NCBI GenBank assembly: GCA_902551755.1
Contig: CACDEB010000001.1
Span: 121,803 to 185,802 of the forward strand
Reading direction: 5' to 3'
Origin: an uncultured Pelagibacteraceae bacterium
Lineage (GTDB): Bacteria; Pseudomonadota; Alphaproteobacteria; Pelagibacterales; Pelagibacteraceae
DNA length: 64,000 bases
Part shown: positions 8,289 to 20,600 of the stretch, piece after piece
Numbering within the stretch: the stretch's first letter is position 1
Layout: every line of letters starts with the position of its first letter
Notes under the pieces: model-generated
The model's database searches: none
The model's input: only the letters and a program-made list of their open reading frames with translations
What the model was told of the DNA's origin: nothing
Program-made: the position numbers and the translations under genes

Positions 8289-10673
8289 TTATGATCTTAA
8301 TTTTGCGCCAGTTTTCTCTTCGACAGTGCTGACTATCTTTTTTGATATATTTGTCAAATCGTTTTCGTCTAAAGTTTTGTGGTCAGATTGTATTGTCACT
8401 TTTAAAGCAATAGATTTTTTGTCAGATGGAATATTTTCCCCTTCATAAACATCAAAAATTTTTATTTGTTTGATTAAATTTTTATCTATATTCTGGATAA
8501 CTTCTGTTAAATCTTGAGCTCTTGTATCTTTATTGACTAAAAAAGCAAAATCCCTATCTGACTTCTGATAATCCGAAAAAGTTAGACTTTCTTTAGTTTT
8601 TTTATTTTTTGCTTTATATTCAACTAAGTTTTCTAAAAAGATTTCAAATCCAAAAGTATTTGAAATTATCTTTGGGTGCAAGGCACCAAAATATCCAAGA
8701 ACAAGATTTCCGTCTTTTGAGACTATAGATCCTGAAATACCTGGGTGATAATAAGAAGGTGTATTTTCCTCAACCTTAAAATCTTCTTTTCTTATCTCAA
8801 GTTCTGTTAATGATTGAACTAAATCTTTTTTAATATGAAAAACATCTACTAAATCATTTTTCTCTAAATTACTATCTTCATCTATAGATTGTTTTTTAAT
8901 CCCACAAACAACAGTGATTTGTTGACCAGGTTTTTTTCCTGTAAAAGCTGGACCAATTTCAAAAAGGGCTTGATCACCAAATCCTCTGTTTAGGTTTTTT
9001 TCTAAATAGAAAATGAGATTTGGATACAAAGAATTTCTTAATACATTTAAATCTGAACTTATTGGATTTACAATCTTTACACTTTCACACTTTTCTTTGA
9101 ATTTGTTATTAATTTTTTCGTCAGTAAAAGACCATGTTATTGTTTCAAGATATCCTTTTGAGGCTACAGATCTTTGAGCTAAATGAAAATGTTTCTGAAA
9201 GTAATTAAGTGTTGGTTTAGTTCGTTTTTTATCAGGTTCAATGGACTTTATTTTTTCAAATCCAATAATTCTAATTACTTCCTCTACTAGATCAATCTCT
9301 CCAAAAATATCCGGTCTCCAACTTGGAACCTTAACATTGAGAAATTTACCTTTGGTTTTAACAGTGAAGCCTAAGTTTGATAAGATCTTTTTTATCTCAT
9401 TAGTGTTTATGCTGGTTCCAACTGTCTTTGATACCATTTTGGGGTCAAATTTTATCTCAAGATTTTTGAATTTTTTTGTCTGCTTTACATCAAATTTAGA
9501 AACTTCCCCTCCACAAATTTCTAAAATTAGTTCAACGGCTGAGTCCAACCCAACAGTTACAGATTGAGGATCTACTCCTCTTTCAAAACGGAACTTTGCA
9601 TCACTATTCAAATCTAATTTTTTAGCAGTTTTTCTTGTAGTTGAAGGATCAAAATATGCTGACTCTAATAGTATATTTTTTGTGTGTATTTCTGTGCCTG
9701 ACCTTTCACCTCCGATTATTCCACCTAAACCAAGTACACCTTCATCATCTGATATCACACACATATCTTTATCAAGCGTATAATTTTTATTATCTAGGGC
9801 TTTAAAACTCTCTCCTTTTTTTGAATTTCTAACGGTAATTTTATTCTTTATCTTGTCTAAATCGTATGCATGGAGGGGTCGGTTCAAATCAAACATTACA
9901 TAATTTGTTATGTCAACAACAGCAGAAATAGGCCTTAAGCCAAGTGCTAAAATTCTATTTTTTAACCATCCTGGACTTTCAGTATTTTTAATATTTTTAA
10001 TGATACAGCTTCCAAAAATTGAACATGCCTGATTTTTATTTTTTTCAATCTTTATCTTTAAATTATGTTTAATGTTCTTTTTAACTTTACTCTTTCTTGG
10101 TTCTTTTAATTTTCCAAAGTTAGAGGCTGACAAATCTCTTGCGATACCTCTCACACCTAGGCAGTCTGGTCTATTAGGGGTAATTGATAATTCTATTACA
10201 TTTTTTCCTTTTTTTTCACCGAAGAATGATTTTCCAATTTTTGTTTTATATTTATCATTTAGATCTATTATTCCTTCGCTCTCATTAGAAAGTTTTAATT
10301 CTGACTCAGAACAAAGCATTCCATAAGAGGTTTCTCCTCTGATCTTTGATATCTCTAATTTCATGCCATTTTTTGGAATTACTGAACCTGGCGGTGCGTA
10401 GATTGTCAAAAGTCCATCTCTTGCATTAGGAGCACCACACACAACTTTAAGTGTATCTTTTTTTCCTATATCCACATCACATAATTTAAGCCGGTCAGCA
10501 TTAGGATGTTTGTTTGCTTTTATTATTTTCGCTACAATGAAGTCGCTTAATTCATTTTTGACTGGCTCTACCTTTTCTACTTCTAGGCCAATACTATTTA
10601 ATTTCTGGATAATTTGTGACTCACTTTTATTTGTTTTTAAATGAACATCAAGCCAGTCTTTTGTAAATTTCAT
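8289..10673 (-). CDS. pheT: Phenylalanine--tRNA ligase beta subunit
   Basis: [29 protein letters not shown] and a C-terminal FDX-ACB domain. Confidence 0.99.
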   Translation of the reverse strand: MKFTKDWLDVHLKTNKSESQIIQKLNSIGLEVEKVEPVKNELSDFIVAKIIKANKHPNADRLKLCDVDIGKKDTLKVVCGAPNARDGLLTIYAPPGSVIPKNGMKLEISKIRGETSYGMLCSESELKLSNESEGIIDLNDKYKTKIGKSFFGEKKGKNVIELSITPNRPDCLGVRGIARDLSASNFGKLKEPRKSKVKKNIKHNLKIKIEKNKNQACSIFGSCIIKNIKNTESPGWLKNRILALGLRPISAVVDITNYVMFDLNRPLHAYDLDKIKNKITVRNSKKGESFKALDNKNYTLDKDMCVISDDEGVLGLGGIIGGERSGTEIHTKNILLESAYFDPSTTRKTAKKLDLNSDAKFRFERGVDPQSVTVGLDSAVELILEICGGEVSKFDVKQTKKFKNLEIKFDPKMVSKTVGTSINTNEIKKILSNLGFTVKTKGKFLNVKVPSWRPDIFGEIDLVEEVIRIIGFEKIKSIEPDKKRTKPTLNYFQKHFHLAQRSVASKGYLETITWSFTDEKINNKFKEKCESVKIVNPISSDLNVLRNSLYPNLIFYLEKNLNRGFGDQALFEIGPAFTGKKPGQQITVVCGIKKQSIDEDSNLEKNDLVDVFHIKKDLVQSLTELEIRKEDFKVEENTPSYYHPGISGSIVSKDGNLVLGYFGALHPKIISNTFGFEIFLENLVEYKAKNKKTKESLTFSDYQKSDRDFAFLVNKDTRAQDLTEVIQNIDKNLIKQIKIFDVYEGENIPSDKKSIALKVTIQSDHKTLDENDLTNISKKIVSTVEEKTGAKLRS

Positions 10674-11737
10674 TTACTTAAACCTCTATAGTTTGTTGGA
10701 ACATCTAAAGGATCAAAACCATAATAATTTAACCATCTATAATCACATTCAAAAAAAGATCTTAGATCATTAATTCCGTACTTAAGCATTGCCAATCTAT
10801 CAATACCAATACCAAAAGCAAAACCTTGATAAATTTTTGGGTCAACCTTACAGTTTTTTAAAACATTTGGATGAACCATTCCACATCCAAGAATCTCAAG
10901 CCATTTATCACCTTCACCAATAATAATTTTGTTATTTTCAATCCTATACCCAATATCTACCTCGGCTGAAGGCTCTGTAAATGGAAAGTGACTAGGTCTA
11001 AATCTCATCTTAATTTTATCCACTTCAAAAAATTCTTTAATAAAATAATTTAAACATCCTTTTAAATGTCCCATATTAATATTTTTATCTATGTGAAGAC
11101 CCTCTAATTGGTGGAACATTGGTGTATGAGTTTGATCACTGTCACTTCGATAAGTTCTTCCTGGTGCAATTATTTTGAAAGGAGGCTTTCCTTTTATCAT
11201 CGTGCGAACTTGAACTGGAGAAGTATGGGTCCTAAGTAAAGTTTTCATGCTCTCATCCAAATAAAATGTGTCGTGCATATCTTTTGCTGGATGATCTTCA
11301 GGAGTATTTAAAGCTGTAAAATTATTATAATCATTTTCAACATCAGGCCCTTCTTCTACACTGAATCCTATCTCTGAAAAAATACACGATATTTCATCAA
11401 TAACTTGAGATACAGGGTGTATCTTTCCTATTTTGAATTCTTTCTCAGGTAAAGTTACATCAATTTTTTCTTTTTTTATTTTTTCATTAAGATCTTTATC
11501 CAAAACTTCTATTGCTTTTGATCTAAATATTTCAAGTAATTCTTGTTTTGCTTTGTTTATATTGGATGCAAAAGTTTTTTTTTCATCCTCAGATAAAGAA
11601 CCAAGTTTTTTAAACTGAGAATTTATAAATCCATTTTTACTGAAAATATCTGTTCTTATGGCTTCAATTTCTTTTGAATCCTGGGTGCTGTTTAATCTAT
11701 TTTTAAACTCGAGAATTTTTTTTTCAAAATCAGACAT
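10670..11737 (-). CDS. pheS: Phenylalanine--tRNA ligase alpha subunit
   Basis: [27 protein letters not shown] and [11 protein letters not shown] motifs. Confidence 0.99.
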   Translation of the reverse strand: MSDFEKKILEFKNRLNSTQDSKEIEAIRTDIFSKNGFINSQFKKLGSLSEDEKKTFASNINKAKQELLEIFRSKAIEVLDKDLNEKIKKEKIDVTLPEKEFKIGKIHPVSQVIDEISCIFSEIGFSVEEGPDVENDYNNFTALNTPEDHPAKDMHDTFYLDESMKTLLRTHTSPVQVRTMIKGKPPFKIIAPGRTYRSDSDQTHTPMFHQLEGLHIDKNINMGHLKGCLNYFIKEFFEVDKIKMRFRPSHFPFTEPSAEVDIGYRIENNKIIIGEGDKWLEILGCGMVHPNVLKNCKVDPKIYQGFAFGIGIDRLAMLKYGINDLRSFFECDYRWLNYYGFDPLDVPTNYRGLSK

Positions 11738-11780
11738 TTTTAGAGATTATTTCTTAAACTAAGAAAAACAATAGAGAAGA

Positions 11781-12137
11781 TTAATTAAGTGCTGCTTGAG
11801 CTTTTTTTACAATTGTTTTAAACGCTTCAGGGTTATCATAAGCAATTTCAGCTAGAATTTTTCTATCTAACTTGATACCAGATTTACTTAAAGCATGTAT
11901 AAATTTTGAATATGTAAGCCCTTCACCTCTTACTCCTGCATTAATTCTTTGTATCCACAATGACTTAAATTCTCTTTTTTTATTTCTTCTATCTCTATAT
12001 GCATATTGCATCGACTTTTCCATCGCTTGTCTTGCAACTCTTATAGTATTCTTTCTTCTTCCCCACTGACCTTTTACAGCTTTAAGAACTTTTTTATGTT
12101 TAGCTCTGCTTGTGACTCCTCTTTTTACTCTTGGCAT
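11781..12137 (-). CDS. rplT: 50S ribosomal protein L20
   Basis: MPRVKRGV...YAYRDRR...LWIQRINA. Confidence 0.99.
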   Translation of the reverse strand: MPRVKRGVTSRAKHKKVLKAVKGQWGRRKNTIRVARQAMEKSMQYAYRDRRNKKREFKSLWIQRINAGVRGEGLTYSKFIHALSKSGIKLDRKILAEIAYDNPEAFKTIVKKAQAALN

Positions 12138-12138
12138 T

Positions 12139-12345
12139 TTATCCTCTCAAACTATATGGCATGTATGATTTTACAATTTTGCCATCTTGTTTAGACATTA
12201 CAGTTGTTCCTCTTTGTTTTCTAATTTGTGAATTCGTTCTCTTGATCATACCGTGTCTTTTCCCAGCTTGAGGCATAATAACTTTTCCTCTTGCAGAAAT
12301 TTTAAATCTTTTTTTTGCTGAACTTTTAGTTTTTAACTTTGGCAT
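12139..12345 (-). CDS. rpmI: 50S ribosomal protein L35
   Basis: [15 protein letters not shown]; true start is ATG at 12345. Confidence 0.98.
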   Translation of the reverse strand: MPKLKTKSSAKKRFKISARGKVIMPQAGKRHGMIKRTNSQIRKQRGTTVMSKQDGKIVKSYMPYSLRG

Positions 12346-12354
12346 AGCATGCGG

Positions 12355-12383
12355 GTTATACAAATATAATTATAATTTTACAA
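12355..12383 (-). promoter_or_regulatory. Sigma70-like promoter for rpmI-rplT
   Basis: TTGTAA - 17 bp - TATAAC, ending 9 nt before the ATG. Confidence 0.55.
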
Positions 12384-12389
12384 GAATAA

Positions 12390-12935
12390 TTAAATTGGTT
12401 GAATGACCATAATCATCTGTTTACCGTCAAATTTAGGCTGTAACTCTACTTTTCCAAGTTTTTCCATATCAACCTTAATTTTATCCATCAATTCATGTCC
12501 AAGATTTGAGTGTTGCAACTCCCTTCCTTTAAATTTAATAGTAAATTTTACTTTATCACCTTTAGTCAAAAATTTTTGAGCATTTTTTATTTTGAAAGTG
12601 TAATCATGAATTTCTGTCACTGGTCTAAGTTTTATCTCTTTAAGCTCAATTTTTTTTTGTTTCTTCTTTGCTTTGTTAGCTTTTTTTTGAGCATCATATT
12701 TATATTTACCCATATCCATGATTTTACAAACTGGTGGTTTGGCATTTTGAGCAATCTCAATTAAATCTAATCCTTCATTTTTAGCCATGTTTATTGCCTC
12801 TTGGGTATTTAATATCCCTAAATTTTTTCCATCACTAGATATTACCTGGACCTCTTGAGACATAATCCTGTTATTTGAACGAGGACCTCGATCCTTCGTT
12901 CTCCTTTGGAAATAGTTTTGTTTGAAATCTGCCAC
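12390..12935 (-). CDS. infC: Translation initiation factor IF-3
   Basis: LDLIEIA..PPVCKIMD, KEIKLRP and DKVKFTIKFKGRE; GTG start. Confidence 0.98.
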   Translation of the reverse strand: MADFKQNYFQRRTKDRGPRSNNRIMSQEVQVISSDGKNLGILNTQEAINMAKNEGLDLIEIAQNAKPPVCKIMDMGKYKYDAQKKANKAKKKQKKIELKEIKLRPVTEIHDYTFKIKNAQKFLTKGDKVKFTIKFKGRELQHSNLGHELMDKIKVDMEKLGKVELQPKFDGKQMIMVIQPI

Positions 12936-14852
12936 TTATAATGATGGAGCTTTATTTAAAGCTTGATAGTGATTAATAAATTTTTTTAATTCCATATTTT
13001 CTTGTTTTGTAGAATCCAATTGTCTAATAGTTACACTATTACTGTCAACTTCTTTTTTTCCACAAATTAATAGTATTGGAACCTTTGATAACGAATGTTC
13101 CCTAATTTTGTAATTTAAATTGTGATTTTTTAAGTCAACTTCCGAATTTAAACCAGATGCAATAAGCTTTTTATTAACTTCAACAGAATAATCATTAAAG
13201 TCTTCAGATACAGGTATTACCATGATTTGTGATGGGCTAATCCAAAATGGAAGTTTTCCAGAGTAATTTTCAATTAATATTCCAATAAATCTTTCAAGAG
13301 AACCGAATAAAGCTCGATGTAGCATTACTGGAACTTTTTTTGATCCATCTTTATCTACAAAAGATGCTCCCAATCTTCCTGGTAAATTTAAGTCAACTTG
13401 AAGAGTTCCACATTGCCAGTCTCTTCCTATTGCATCTCTTAAAACAAACTCAATTTTTGGACCATAAAATGCACCTTCTCCTTTATTAATACTATATTCT
13501 AATTTTGTAGCTCTAACTGCTTCCAATAAAGCTTTTTCTGCTTTATCCCAAACTTCATCCTCTCCAACTCTAAGGTCTGGTCTATCAGAATATTTTAGAA
13601 TAACATTTTCAAATCCAAGATCTTTATAAATATTTAAGATTAGATTTGTAACTGAAAGAGACTCTTCTGTAATTTGATCCTCTGTGCAAAAGATATGCGC
13701 ATCATCTTGAGTAAAAGCTCTTACTCTTAATAAGCCATGTAATGCTCCTGATGGTTCATATCTATGAACCTTACCAAATTCAGACATTTTATAAGGTAGG
13801 TCTCTATAACTTTTTAAACCTTGATTAAATACTTGAACACACCCTGGGCAATTCATAGGTTTAATAGCAAATACTTTTTCATCTGGAGTTTCAGATGTAT
13901 ACATGTGTGCACCAAATTTTTCCCAATGACCAGATTTTTCCCACAAAGATCTGTCTAAAACTTCTGGAGTATTAATTTCTTTATAACCTGCTTCGTTTTG
14001 TTTTTTTCTCATATAGTCAATAAGTTTTTGAAACAGTGTCCATCCTCTTTGGTGCCAAAATACTGCACCTGGACTTTCTTCTCTAAAATGGAATAAGTCC
14101 ATTTCTTTCCCGAGTTTTCTGTGATCTCTTTTCTCAGCTTCTTCTAATCTTTTAATGTAATTATCTAAATCTTTTTTTGATGCCCATGAAGTTCCATAGA
14201 TCCTCTGCAACATCTCATTTTTTGAGTCACCTCTCCAGTATGCTCCTGCAACTTTTGTTAATTTAAAATTTTTACCAATTTTACCTGTTGATGATAAATG
14301 TGGCCCTCGACAAAGGTCATGCCATTTGCCGTGAAAGTATATAGAAATTTCCTCAGTTTTAGGAATATCTTGAATAATTTCTGACTTATAATTCTCACCA
14401 ATTTTTTTGAAATGAGAAATAGCTTTGTCCCTATCCCAAACTTCTCTATAAGTTGGCTCATCTCTATCAACAATTTCAGACATCTTTGTCTCAATCTTTT
14501 TTAAATCTGCTTCAGTAAAAGGTTCTTTTCTAGAAAAGTCATAATAAAAACCATCTTCAATAGTTGGTCCGATCGTTACTTGAGTTCCAGGAAATAGCTC
14601 TTGGACTGCCATTGCCAAAATATGCGCTGTGTCATGTCTGATAGTATCAAGCCCATCTTTATCTTTTGATGTTAAAACTTTAACTTCGCAATCCTTTTCA
14701 ATTTCGTAACTTAAATCTTTCAATTTTCCATCAACGCTTATAACTAAAGCTTCCTTGGCGAGAGATTTGCTAATTTTTTCAGCAACTTTAAGTCCTGAAA
14801 CTTTTTCTTTAAAAGCTAATTTTTTTCCATCAGGTAAAGTTATATTAGGCAT
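12936..14852 (-). CDS. thrS: Threonine--tRNA ligase
   Basis: TGS domain, DLCRGPH, KPMNCP, FTQDDAH and HRALFGSLERF. Confidence 0.99.
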   Translation of the reverse strand: MPNITLPDGKKLAFKEKVSGLKVAEKISKSLAKEALVISVDGKLKDLSYEIEKDCEVKVLTSKDKDGLDTIRHDTAHILAMAVQELFPGTQVTIGPTIEDGFYYDFSRKEPFTEADLKKIETKMSEIVDRDEPTYREVWDRDKAISHFKKIGENYKSEIIQDIPKTEEISIYFHGKWHDLCRGPHLSSTGKIGKNFKLTKVAGAYWRGDSKNEMLQRIYGTSWASKKDLDNYIKRLEEAEKRDHRKLGKEMDLFHFREESPGAVFWHQRGWTLFQKLIDYMRKKQNEAGYKEINTPEVLDRSLWEKSGHWEKFGAHMYTSETPDEKVFAIKPMNCPGCVQVFNQGLKSYRDLPYKMSEFGKVHRYEPSGALHGLLRVRAFTQDDAHIFCTEDQITEESLSVTNLILNIYKDLGFENVILKYSDRPDLRVGEDEVWDKAEKALLEAVRATKLEYSINKGEGAFYGPKIEFVLRDAIGRDWQCGTLQVDLNLPGRLGASFVDKDGSKKVPVMLHRALFGSLERFIGILIENYSGKLPFWISPSQIMVIPVSEDFNDYSVEVNKKLIASGLNSEVDLKNHNLNYKIREHSLSKVPILLICGKKEVDSNSVTIRQLDSTKQENMELKKFINHYQALNKAPSL

Positions 14853-16002
14853 TAATTAATTTTTTATATTCTGAATAAGTTGAAAAACACATTTTTTCAA
14901 CATTAAATTTTTTTTGCACGTTTTTTCTACCATTATTTCCCATCACATTAAGTGAGGTATCGTCCAATCTAAAAATAAAATCTAATTTTTCACTCAAAGA
15001 ATGATGATCGCTAGAACTAAATAATAAACCAGTTTTATTATCAACTATTGTTTCCCTAGATCCGCCAATATCACTTGCAACTATTGGTTTTTTCATTGAT
15101 TGGGCTTCAACTGATATTCTGCCAAAAGCTTCAGGTTCAATTGATGCAGAAACAATAACGCTCGAGACGCTATAGGCAACAGGCATTGAAGGTGCATGTT
15201 CAAGAAAAATTACATCATTATTTAATCTAAATCTTTCAATCAACCTAATAAGTTTTTTTTTGTAGATTTTTCTTCCTTGATCAGACCCAAGAAGTATAGC
15301 TACAAAATTTTTATATCCAAATTTTATTTTAAGATCATTAAGAGCTTCAATAAAAATTTCTTGACCCTTCCACTCTGTAAGTCTTCCTGGCATTAAAATA
15401 ATTTTTTTATTAGCATCAATATTTAGTTTTTTTAAAAATTTAATTCTATCTGCTTCTTTGATGTTATCGGGATCATAATACTCAGTATTAATTCCTCTAA
15501 AAATAACTAAAAACTTTTTAATTCTGGATATGTACTCTGGATATTTTTCTTTGATGTGGGAAAAAATAAAGTTTGAACCTGCAATTACGCAATCTGACTG
15601 AAGCATAATTGCATTGTATTTTTTTTTTATTGAATTATTAAAATTATATGTTCCATGGAATGTTGTTACTAATTTACATCTAGTAATTTTGGAGACATAG
15701 TAACAAGACCATGCTGGCGCTCTGCTTCTAACATGAAGTATATTAATTTTATAAAATAGAACTATAAAAGTAAGTATAAATATATTTATTAAAATCAGTA
15801 AAGGATTTTTGCTGTGAACCGGGAGTCTAAATAGTTTTACTTTTTTTTTGTCTATATATTTCAATAACTCTCCTCCGCTAGTAGCAATAAAAGAGCTTGA
15901 TTTTTGTTCTTTTAAATAATGAGCAAGATCGTAACAACCTATTTCGGCTCCACCATAACCAAGTCTTGGTATTACTTGTAAAACTTTTAATTTAGATGAC
16001 AT
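14845..16002 (-). CDS. Glycosyltransferase family 4 protein
   Basis: GGAE, HVRSRAPAW, PGRLTEWKGQ and EPEAFGRISVEAQ motifs. Confidence 0.92.
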   Translation of the reverse strand: MSSKLKVLQVIPRLGYGGAEIGCYDLAHYLKEQKSSSFIATSGGELLKYIDKKKVKLFRLPVHSKNPLLILINIFILTFIVLFYKINILHVRSRAPAWSCYYVSKITRCKLVTTFHGTYNFNNSIKKKYNAIMLQSDCVIAGSNFIFSHIKEKYPEYISRIKKFLVIFRGINTEYYDPDNIKEADRIKFLKKLNIDANKKIILMPGRLTEWKGQEIFIEALNDLKIKFGYKNFVAILLGSDQGRKIYKKKLIRLIERFRLNNDVIFLEHAPSMPVAYSVSSVIVSASIEPEAFGRISVEAQSMKKPIVASDIGGSRETIVDNKTGLLFSSSDHHSLSEKLDFIFRLDDTSLNVMGNNGRKNVQKKFNVEKMCFSTYSEYKKLINA

Positions 16003-16037
16003 TTGTCTAACTTATAATATCATATTTAAATCTCAAA

Positions 16038-16784
16038 ATGACTAAATTCAATTATATCTATTTTAAAAAGGATAAAAAATTACGAATTTTGAATAGTAAA
16101 TTTAATTCTAAACTTACTGTTGTGTTTTTGCATGGTTTAAAATCTGATATGGAAGGAAAAAAACCTCTTTTTTTAAATAGATATTGTAAAAAAAACAAAG
16201 TTAACTTTCTATCTCTTGAATATGCTGGTCATGGCAAGTCATATGGAAAATTTGAAAATGGAACTATTTCTCAATGGAGGAACAACGTTAAATTTGTAAT
16301 TCGCAAAATAATTAAAAATGAAAAATTTTTAATAATTGGCTCAAGTTTAGGTGCTTGGCTCGGACTTCTGCAATTTCAAGATTTTAAGAAACAAATAATT
16401 GGATTTATTGGAATAGGTTCAGCCCCTGAATTTTTGGATAGGTTAATTTGGCAAAAACTAAAAGATGATGAAAAAAAACTGTTTTTAAAAAAAAAGTTCT
16501 ACATGCTTAAAAGTGATGGTTATGAATATAAAATCAAATTATCTTTTCTAAAAGATGGCAAAAAAAATAAAGTGCTTAATAGGAAAATAAACTCAAAGAT
16601 CCCTGTTTATTTAATTCATGGAAAAAAAGATGATGTCGTCCCTATAAATCTATCAAAAAAAATCTTTAGTATTTTTCCGAAAGCAAAAAAGAAAATACAG
16701 ATTATAAAGGGAGGTGATCATAGCTTGTCTCGTAAAGGAGATTTAAATAAACTCACAAATTTAATAGACGAAATTATACATTAA
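16038..16784 (+). CDS. Alpha/beta hydrolase
   Basis: HGLKSDM, GSSLG nucleophile elbow, HGKKDDVV and GGDHSLS. Confidence 0.9.
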   Translation: MTKFNYIYFKKDKKLRILNSKFNSKLTVVFLHGLKSDMEGKKPLFLNRYCKKNKVNFLSLEYAGHGKSYGKFENGTISQWRNNVKFVIRKIIKNEKFLIIGSSLGAWLGLLQFQDFKKQIIGFIGIGSAPEFLDRLIWQKLKDDEKKLFLKKKFYMLKSDGYEYKIKLSFLKDGKKNKVLNRKINSKIPVYLIHGKKDDVVPINLSKKIFSIFPKAKKKIQIIKGGDHSLSRKGDLNKLTNLIDEIIH

Positions 16785-17631
16785 CCTTCAAACCTTCTTC
16801 GTAGGTTGGGTAAATTAATTTTAATTTAAATATATCTTTGATCTTTTTATTTGAAACTTTTTTAGAATCTTTATAGAAATCTTTCAGCATACCTTCCTCT
16901 AATTCATCAAAACTAATAATTTTTGGTAATTCAAAATTAATCAAATTACATGCATATTTAACGACCTCAATGTTTGATGCTGGCTTATCATCTGACAAAT
17001 TGTAAATATCATTATTTAAAGATTTATTCAGTGACAGATATAATGTTTGAGCTATATCTTTAACGTGTATCCTTGAAAAAAAGTGATTTTTTTTTTCAAC
17101 AACAAATTTTTGATCATTTCTAAGTCTGGTAATTGCATTGTATCTATCAGAATAAATCCCAGAAAGTCTAAAAATTTGAACTGGCAATGAGTTTTTTGTT
17201 CCAATAGACAACCAATGTTTCTCAACATTCAATCTGTTTTTTCCTGCAAGCGTTTGTGGATTTGTTGTGCTGTCTTCATTTACCCAGGCTCCATCGTGAT
17301 TACCATAAACACTTGTTGAGGATAAATAAGTTAGCCATTTTAGGTTTTGTAAATTTAAATTATTTTTTACTAATCTTTCTATAAACATATCCTTCCCATT
17401 TATTGGGGGAACGGATATCAAAATATGATCAGACTCTTGTAATGGGTTAGTCAAATCTTTATCAAAATCATTTTCATTAAATTCATAATTAAAATAATTT
17501 AAATTTTTAAAAGTAAGCTCAGAAGTATTTTTTCTTGATGTGGTTGTTAATTTTAAATCAACATTACAATTTAATAGATGGTCCACAAAAGATTGGGCAA
17601 CTTGTCCAAAACCAAAACAAAATAATTTCAT
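16774..17631 (-). CDS. NAD-dependent epimerase/dehydratase (atypical SDR)
   Basis: FCFGFGQV, YLSSTSVYG, FRLSGIY and RIHVKDI. Confidence 0.88.
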   Translation of the reverse strand: MKLFCFGFGQVAQSFVDHLLNCNVDLKLTTTSRKNTSELTFKNLNYFNYEFNENDFDKDLTNPLQESDHILISVPPINGKDMFIERLVKNNLNLQNLKWLTYLSSTSVYGNHDGAWVNEDSTTNPQTLAGKNRLNVEKHWLSIGTKNSLPVQIFRLSGIYSDRYNAITRLRNDQKFVVEKKNHFFSRIHVKDIAQTLYLSLNKSLNNDIYNLSDDKPASNIEVVKYACNLINFELPKIISFDELEEGMLKDFYKDSKKVSNKKIKDIFKLKLIYPTYEEGLKVNV

Positions 17632-17637
17632 TTTTTA

Positions 17638-20600
17638 TTAACTTGCGAAGTTAGAGATTTTATTTGTAATAGGATTTTCAAGTTTGTCGATCATTTCTTT
17701 TGGACAGACTTGAATAAAATTATTAATCTCTGTATCAAAGTTTTCGAGTATTTTTTTGGAAACGTTTGAACTTGTCTCATTTGAATGTTCTTCAACTAAT
17801 TTTTTTAGAAATTCCTGCCAAAATTTTGTTTCAACACCTTGCCAAATTACACTTTCAGGATTTACTCTTTTTTCGAATTCTTTTTCTTTATCATAAATAA
17901 AAGCCATACCACCTGTCATACCGGCAGCAAAATTATCTCCAGTATTTCCTAAAATTACAATATTTCCCCCAGTCATATATTCACAACCATTTGAGTCACA
18001 TCCTTCAACTACAGCCGTAGCCCCAGAATTTCTAACAGCAAATCTTTCACCTGCTTGTCCAGCTGCAAATAATTTTCCTGAAGTTGCTCCGTATAAAACT
18101 GTGTTACCAATAATTGTGTTGTCTTTTGAAATCAAATTACTTTCTTTGCTAAGTTTAATGACTATCTTACCTCCTGATAATCCCTTCCCAACATAATCGT
18201 TGGCATCTCCACTTAAAACTAATTTTAGTCCTTTAATACCGAATGCACCAAAAGATTGTCCCGCAGATCCTTCAAAATTCAAAGTTAAGTAGTCATCGTT
18301 TAATTTTGTATTATTATATTTCTTATATAATTCATAAGAAATACGTGTGCCTACAGCTCTATGAGTGTTTTCAATTTGATAGGATTTTTCAATTTTTTCA
18401 TTGTTATCAATTTTTTTATTTATCTCAGGCCAAATTTTCTGATCTAAAGTGTCTGGTACAAAATTTATTATTTGTTTTTCACAATATCTTTTATTTTTAC
18501 CAGGATCAGCTCGTACAAAAAGAGGATTCAGATCTAAATCATCTAAATTTGGTGATCCTTTGCTCACCTGCCTTAAGAGATCTGTTCTTCCAATTATTTC
18601 GTTTAAAGATTTAAATCCAAGCTCAGACAGAATTTCTCTCACCTCTTGAGCTATAAAAGTGAACAGGTTCACCACCTTATCAGGAGTTCCATTAAACTTT
18701 TCTCTCAATTTTTCATCTTGCGTACAAACTCCCACTGGACAAGTGTTTGAATGACATTGCCTTACCATAATACATCCCATAGCTACTAAAGCAGTTGTTG
18801 CTACACCAAATTCTTCCGCTCCCATCATGGCTGCAATGACAACATCTCTACCAGTTTTAATTCCACCATCTGTCCTCAATGTAACTGTATGTCTTAAGTT
18901 GTTTAGAGTTAAAACTTGGTTTGCCTCGGTCAATCCCATTTCCCAGGGTATACCAACGTATTTAACACTAGTTTGAGGAGTAGCTCCTGTTCCACCATTA
19001 TGCCCGGAAATTAAAATTATATCAGCTTTTGCCTTTGCAACTCCTGCTGCAATAGTACCAATACCAGAAGATGCAACAAGTTTTACACCAACACGTGCTT
19101 TAGGATTTATCTGTTTTAAATCATAAATTAACTGGGCTAAATCCTCAATTGAGTAAATATCATGATGAGGAGGGGGCGATATTAAAGTCACCCCAGGAGT
19201 AGAATGTCTTAATCTGGCAATTTCTTTTGTGACCTTAAATCCGGGTAACTGTCCACCTTCTCCTGGTTTAGCGCCTTGTGCAATTTTAATTTCTATCTCG
19301 TTACAATTATTTAAATAATTAATTGTAACTCCAAATCTTGCGGATGCTATTTGTTTCACTCTTGAATTAGCACTATCTCCATTAGATTGAATTTGAAATC
19401 TTTTTTCATCTTCACCACCTTCTCCACTACAAGATGCTCCTTTAATTCTATTCATTCCAATAGCTAGTGTTTCGTGAGCTTCTTTTGATAGTGCTCCATG
19501 GGACATACTTCCACTTCCAAAACGTTTTAAGATATTCTCAACTGGTTCTACTTCATCGATGCTGATTGTATTTTTTTTCTTGAAATCGATTAAGTCTCTT
19601 AAATTTATAGGTGGCAACTCATATATTCCTTTAGAGTATTTTTTGTATAATTCATAAGATTTGTTTGTAACTGCAGATTGAAGCAAATGTATCAGTTTAC
19701 CTTGGTATTGGTGTGTCTCACCATTTTTTCTATATCGATAAATTCCTCCTATTGGCAATACGTTTGTATCAGATCTAAAAGCCTCCTCATGAATATCTCT
19801 TATTTTTTTTTCAATTCCTGTAAGTCCGATACCTGAAATTTTAGAGGTTACACCAGGAAAAAAATCATTAACAATTGTTCTGCTTAATCCTACAGTTTCA
19901 AAATTACATCCTCCTCTGTAAGAACTAATTACAGAAATACCCATTTTTGACATTATTTTTAAAAGGCCTAAATTTACAGATTTCACATATCTTTCAACAC
20001 AATCATCATAAATAAATTTTCCAAATAATTTTTTTTCAAATCTCTGGTAAAGACTGTCTAATGCTAAATAGGGATTTACTGTAGTAGCTCCAACTCCAAT
20101 AAGAGTTGCAAAAGAGTGGGTATCTAGCGCTTCACCCGTTTGAGCATTAATTGAAACATAACCTCTTAACTTTAATTTGGTAAGATGAGTATGAACAGCA
20201 CCAATACATAGAAGCATAGGAATTGGGTACTTGTCCTTAGAAACTTCTTTATCGCTTAAAATTAGTTGCGTTACCCCTTGTCTTACTAAAACTTCAGCCT
20301 CTTTTTTTAATCTTTCGAGTGAAGTTTCTATATTTTCTTCATTAGTAAAAGTACAATCTAAAACTTGATTATTTTTGTCAAAAAAAGAAACAAATTTTTC
20401 AAACTGTTTATTTGATAGAATTGGACTATTTAGTACATAAATATTTTCTTCAGTAAGGTTATTAAAATCTAAAATATTGCCAAGATTTCCAAACCTTGTT
20501 TTTAAACTCATAACCTTATTTTCTCTTAATGAGTCTATTGGCGGGTTTGTTACCTGGCTAAAATTCTGTCTAAAAAAATGATACAAGGGTCTATATTTAT

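Noticed and set aside
12933-12935. Non-canonical infC start codon for IF3 autoregulation
   Set aside because: The start appears to be GTG, a common start codon; no clear ATT start could be supported.
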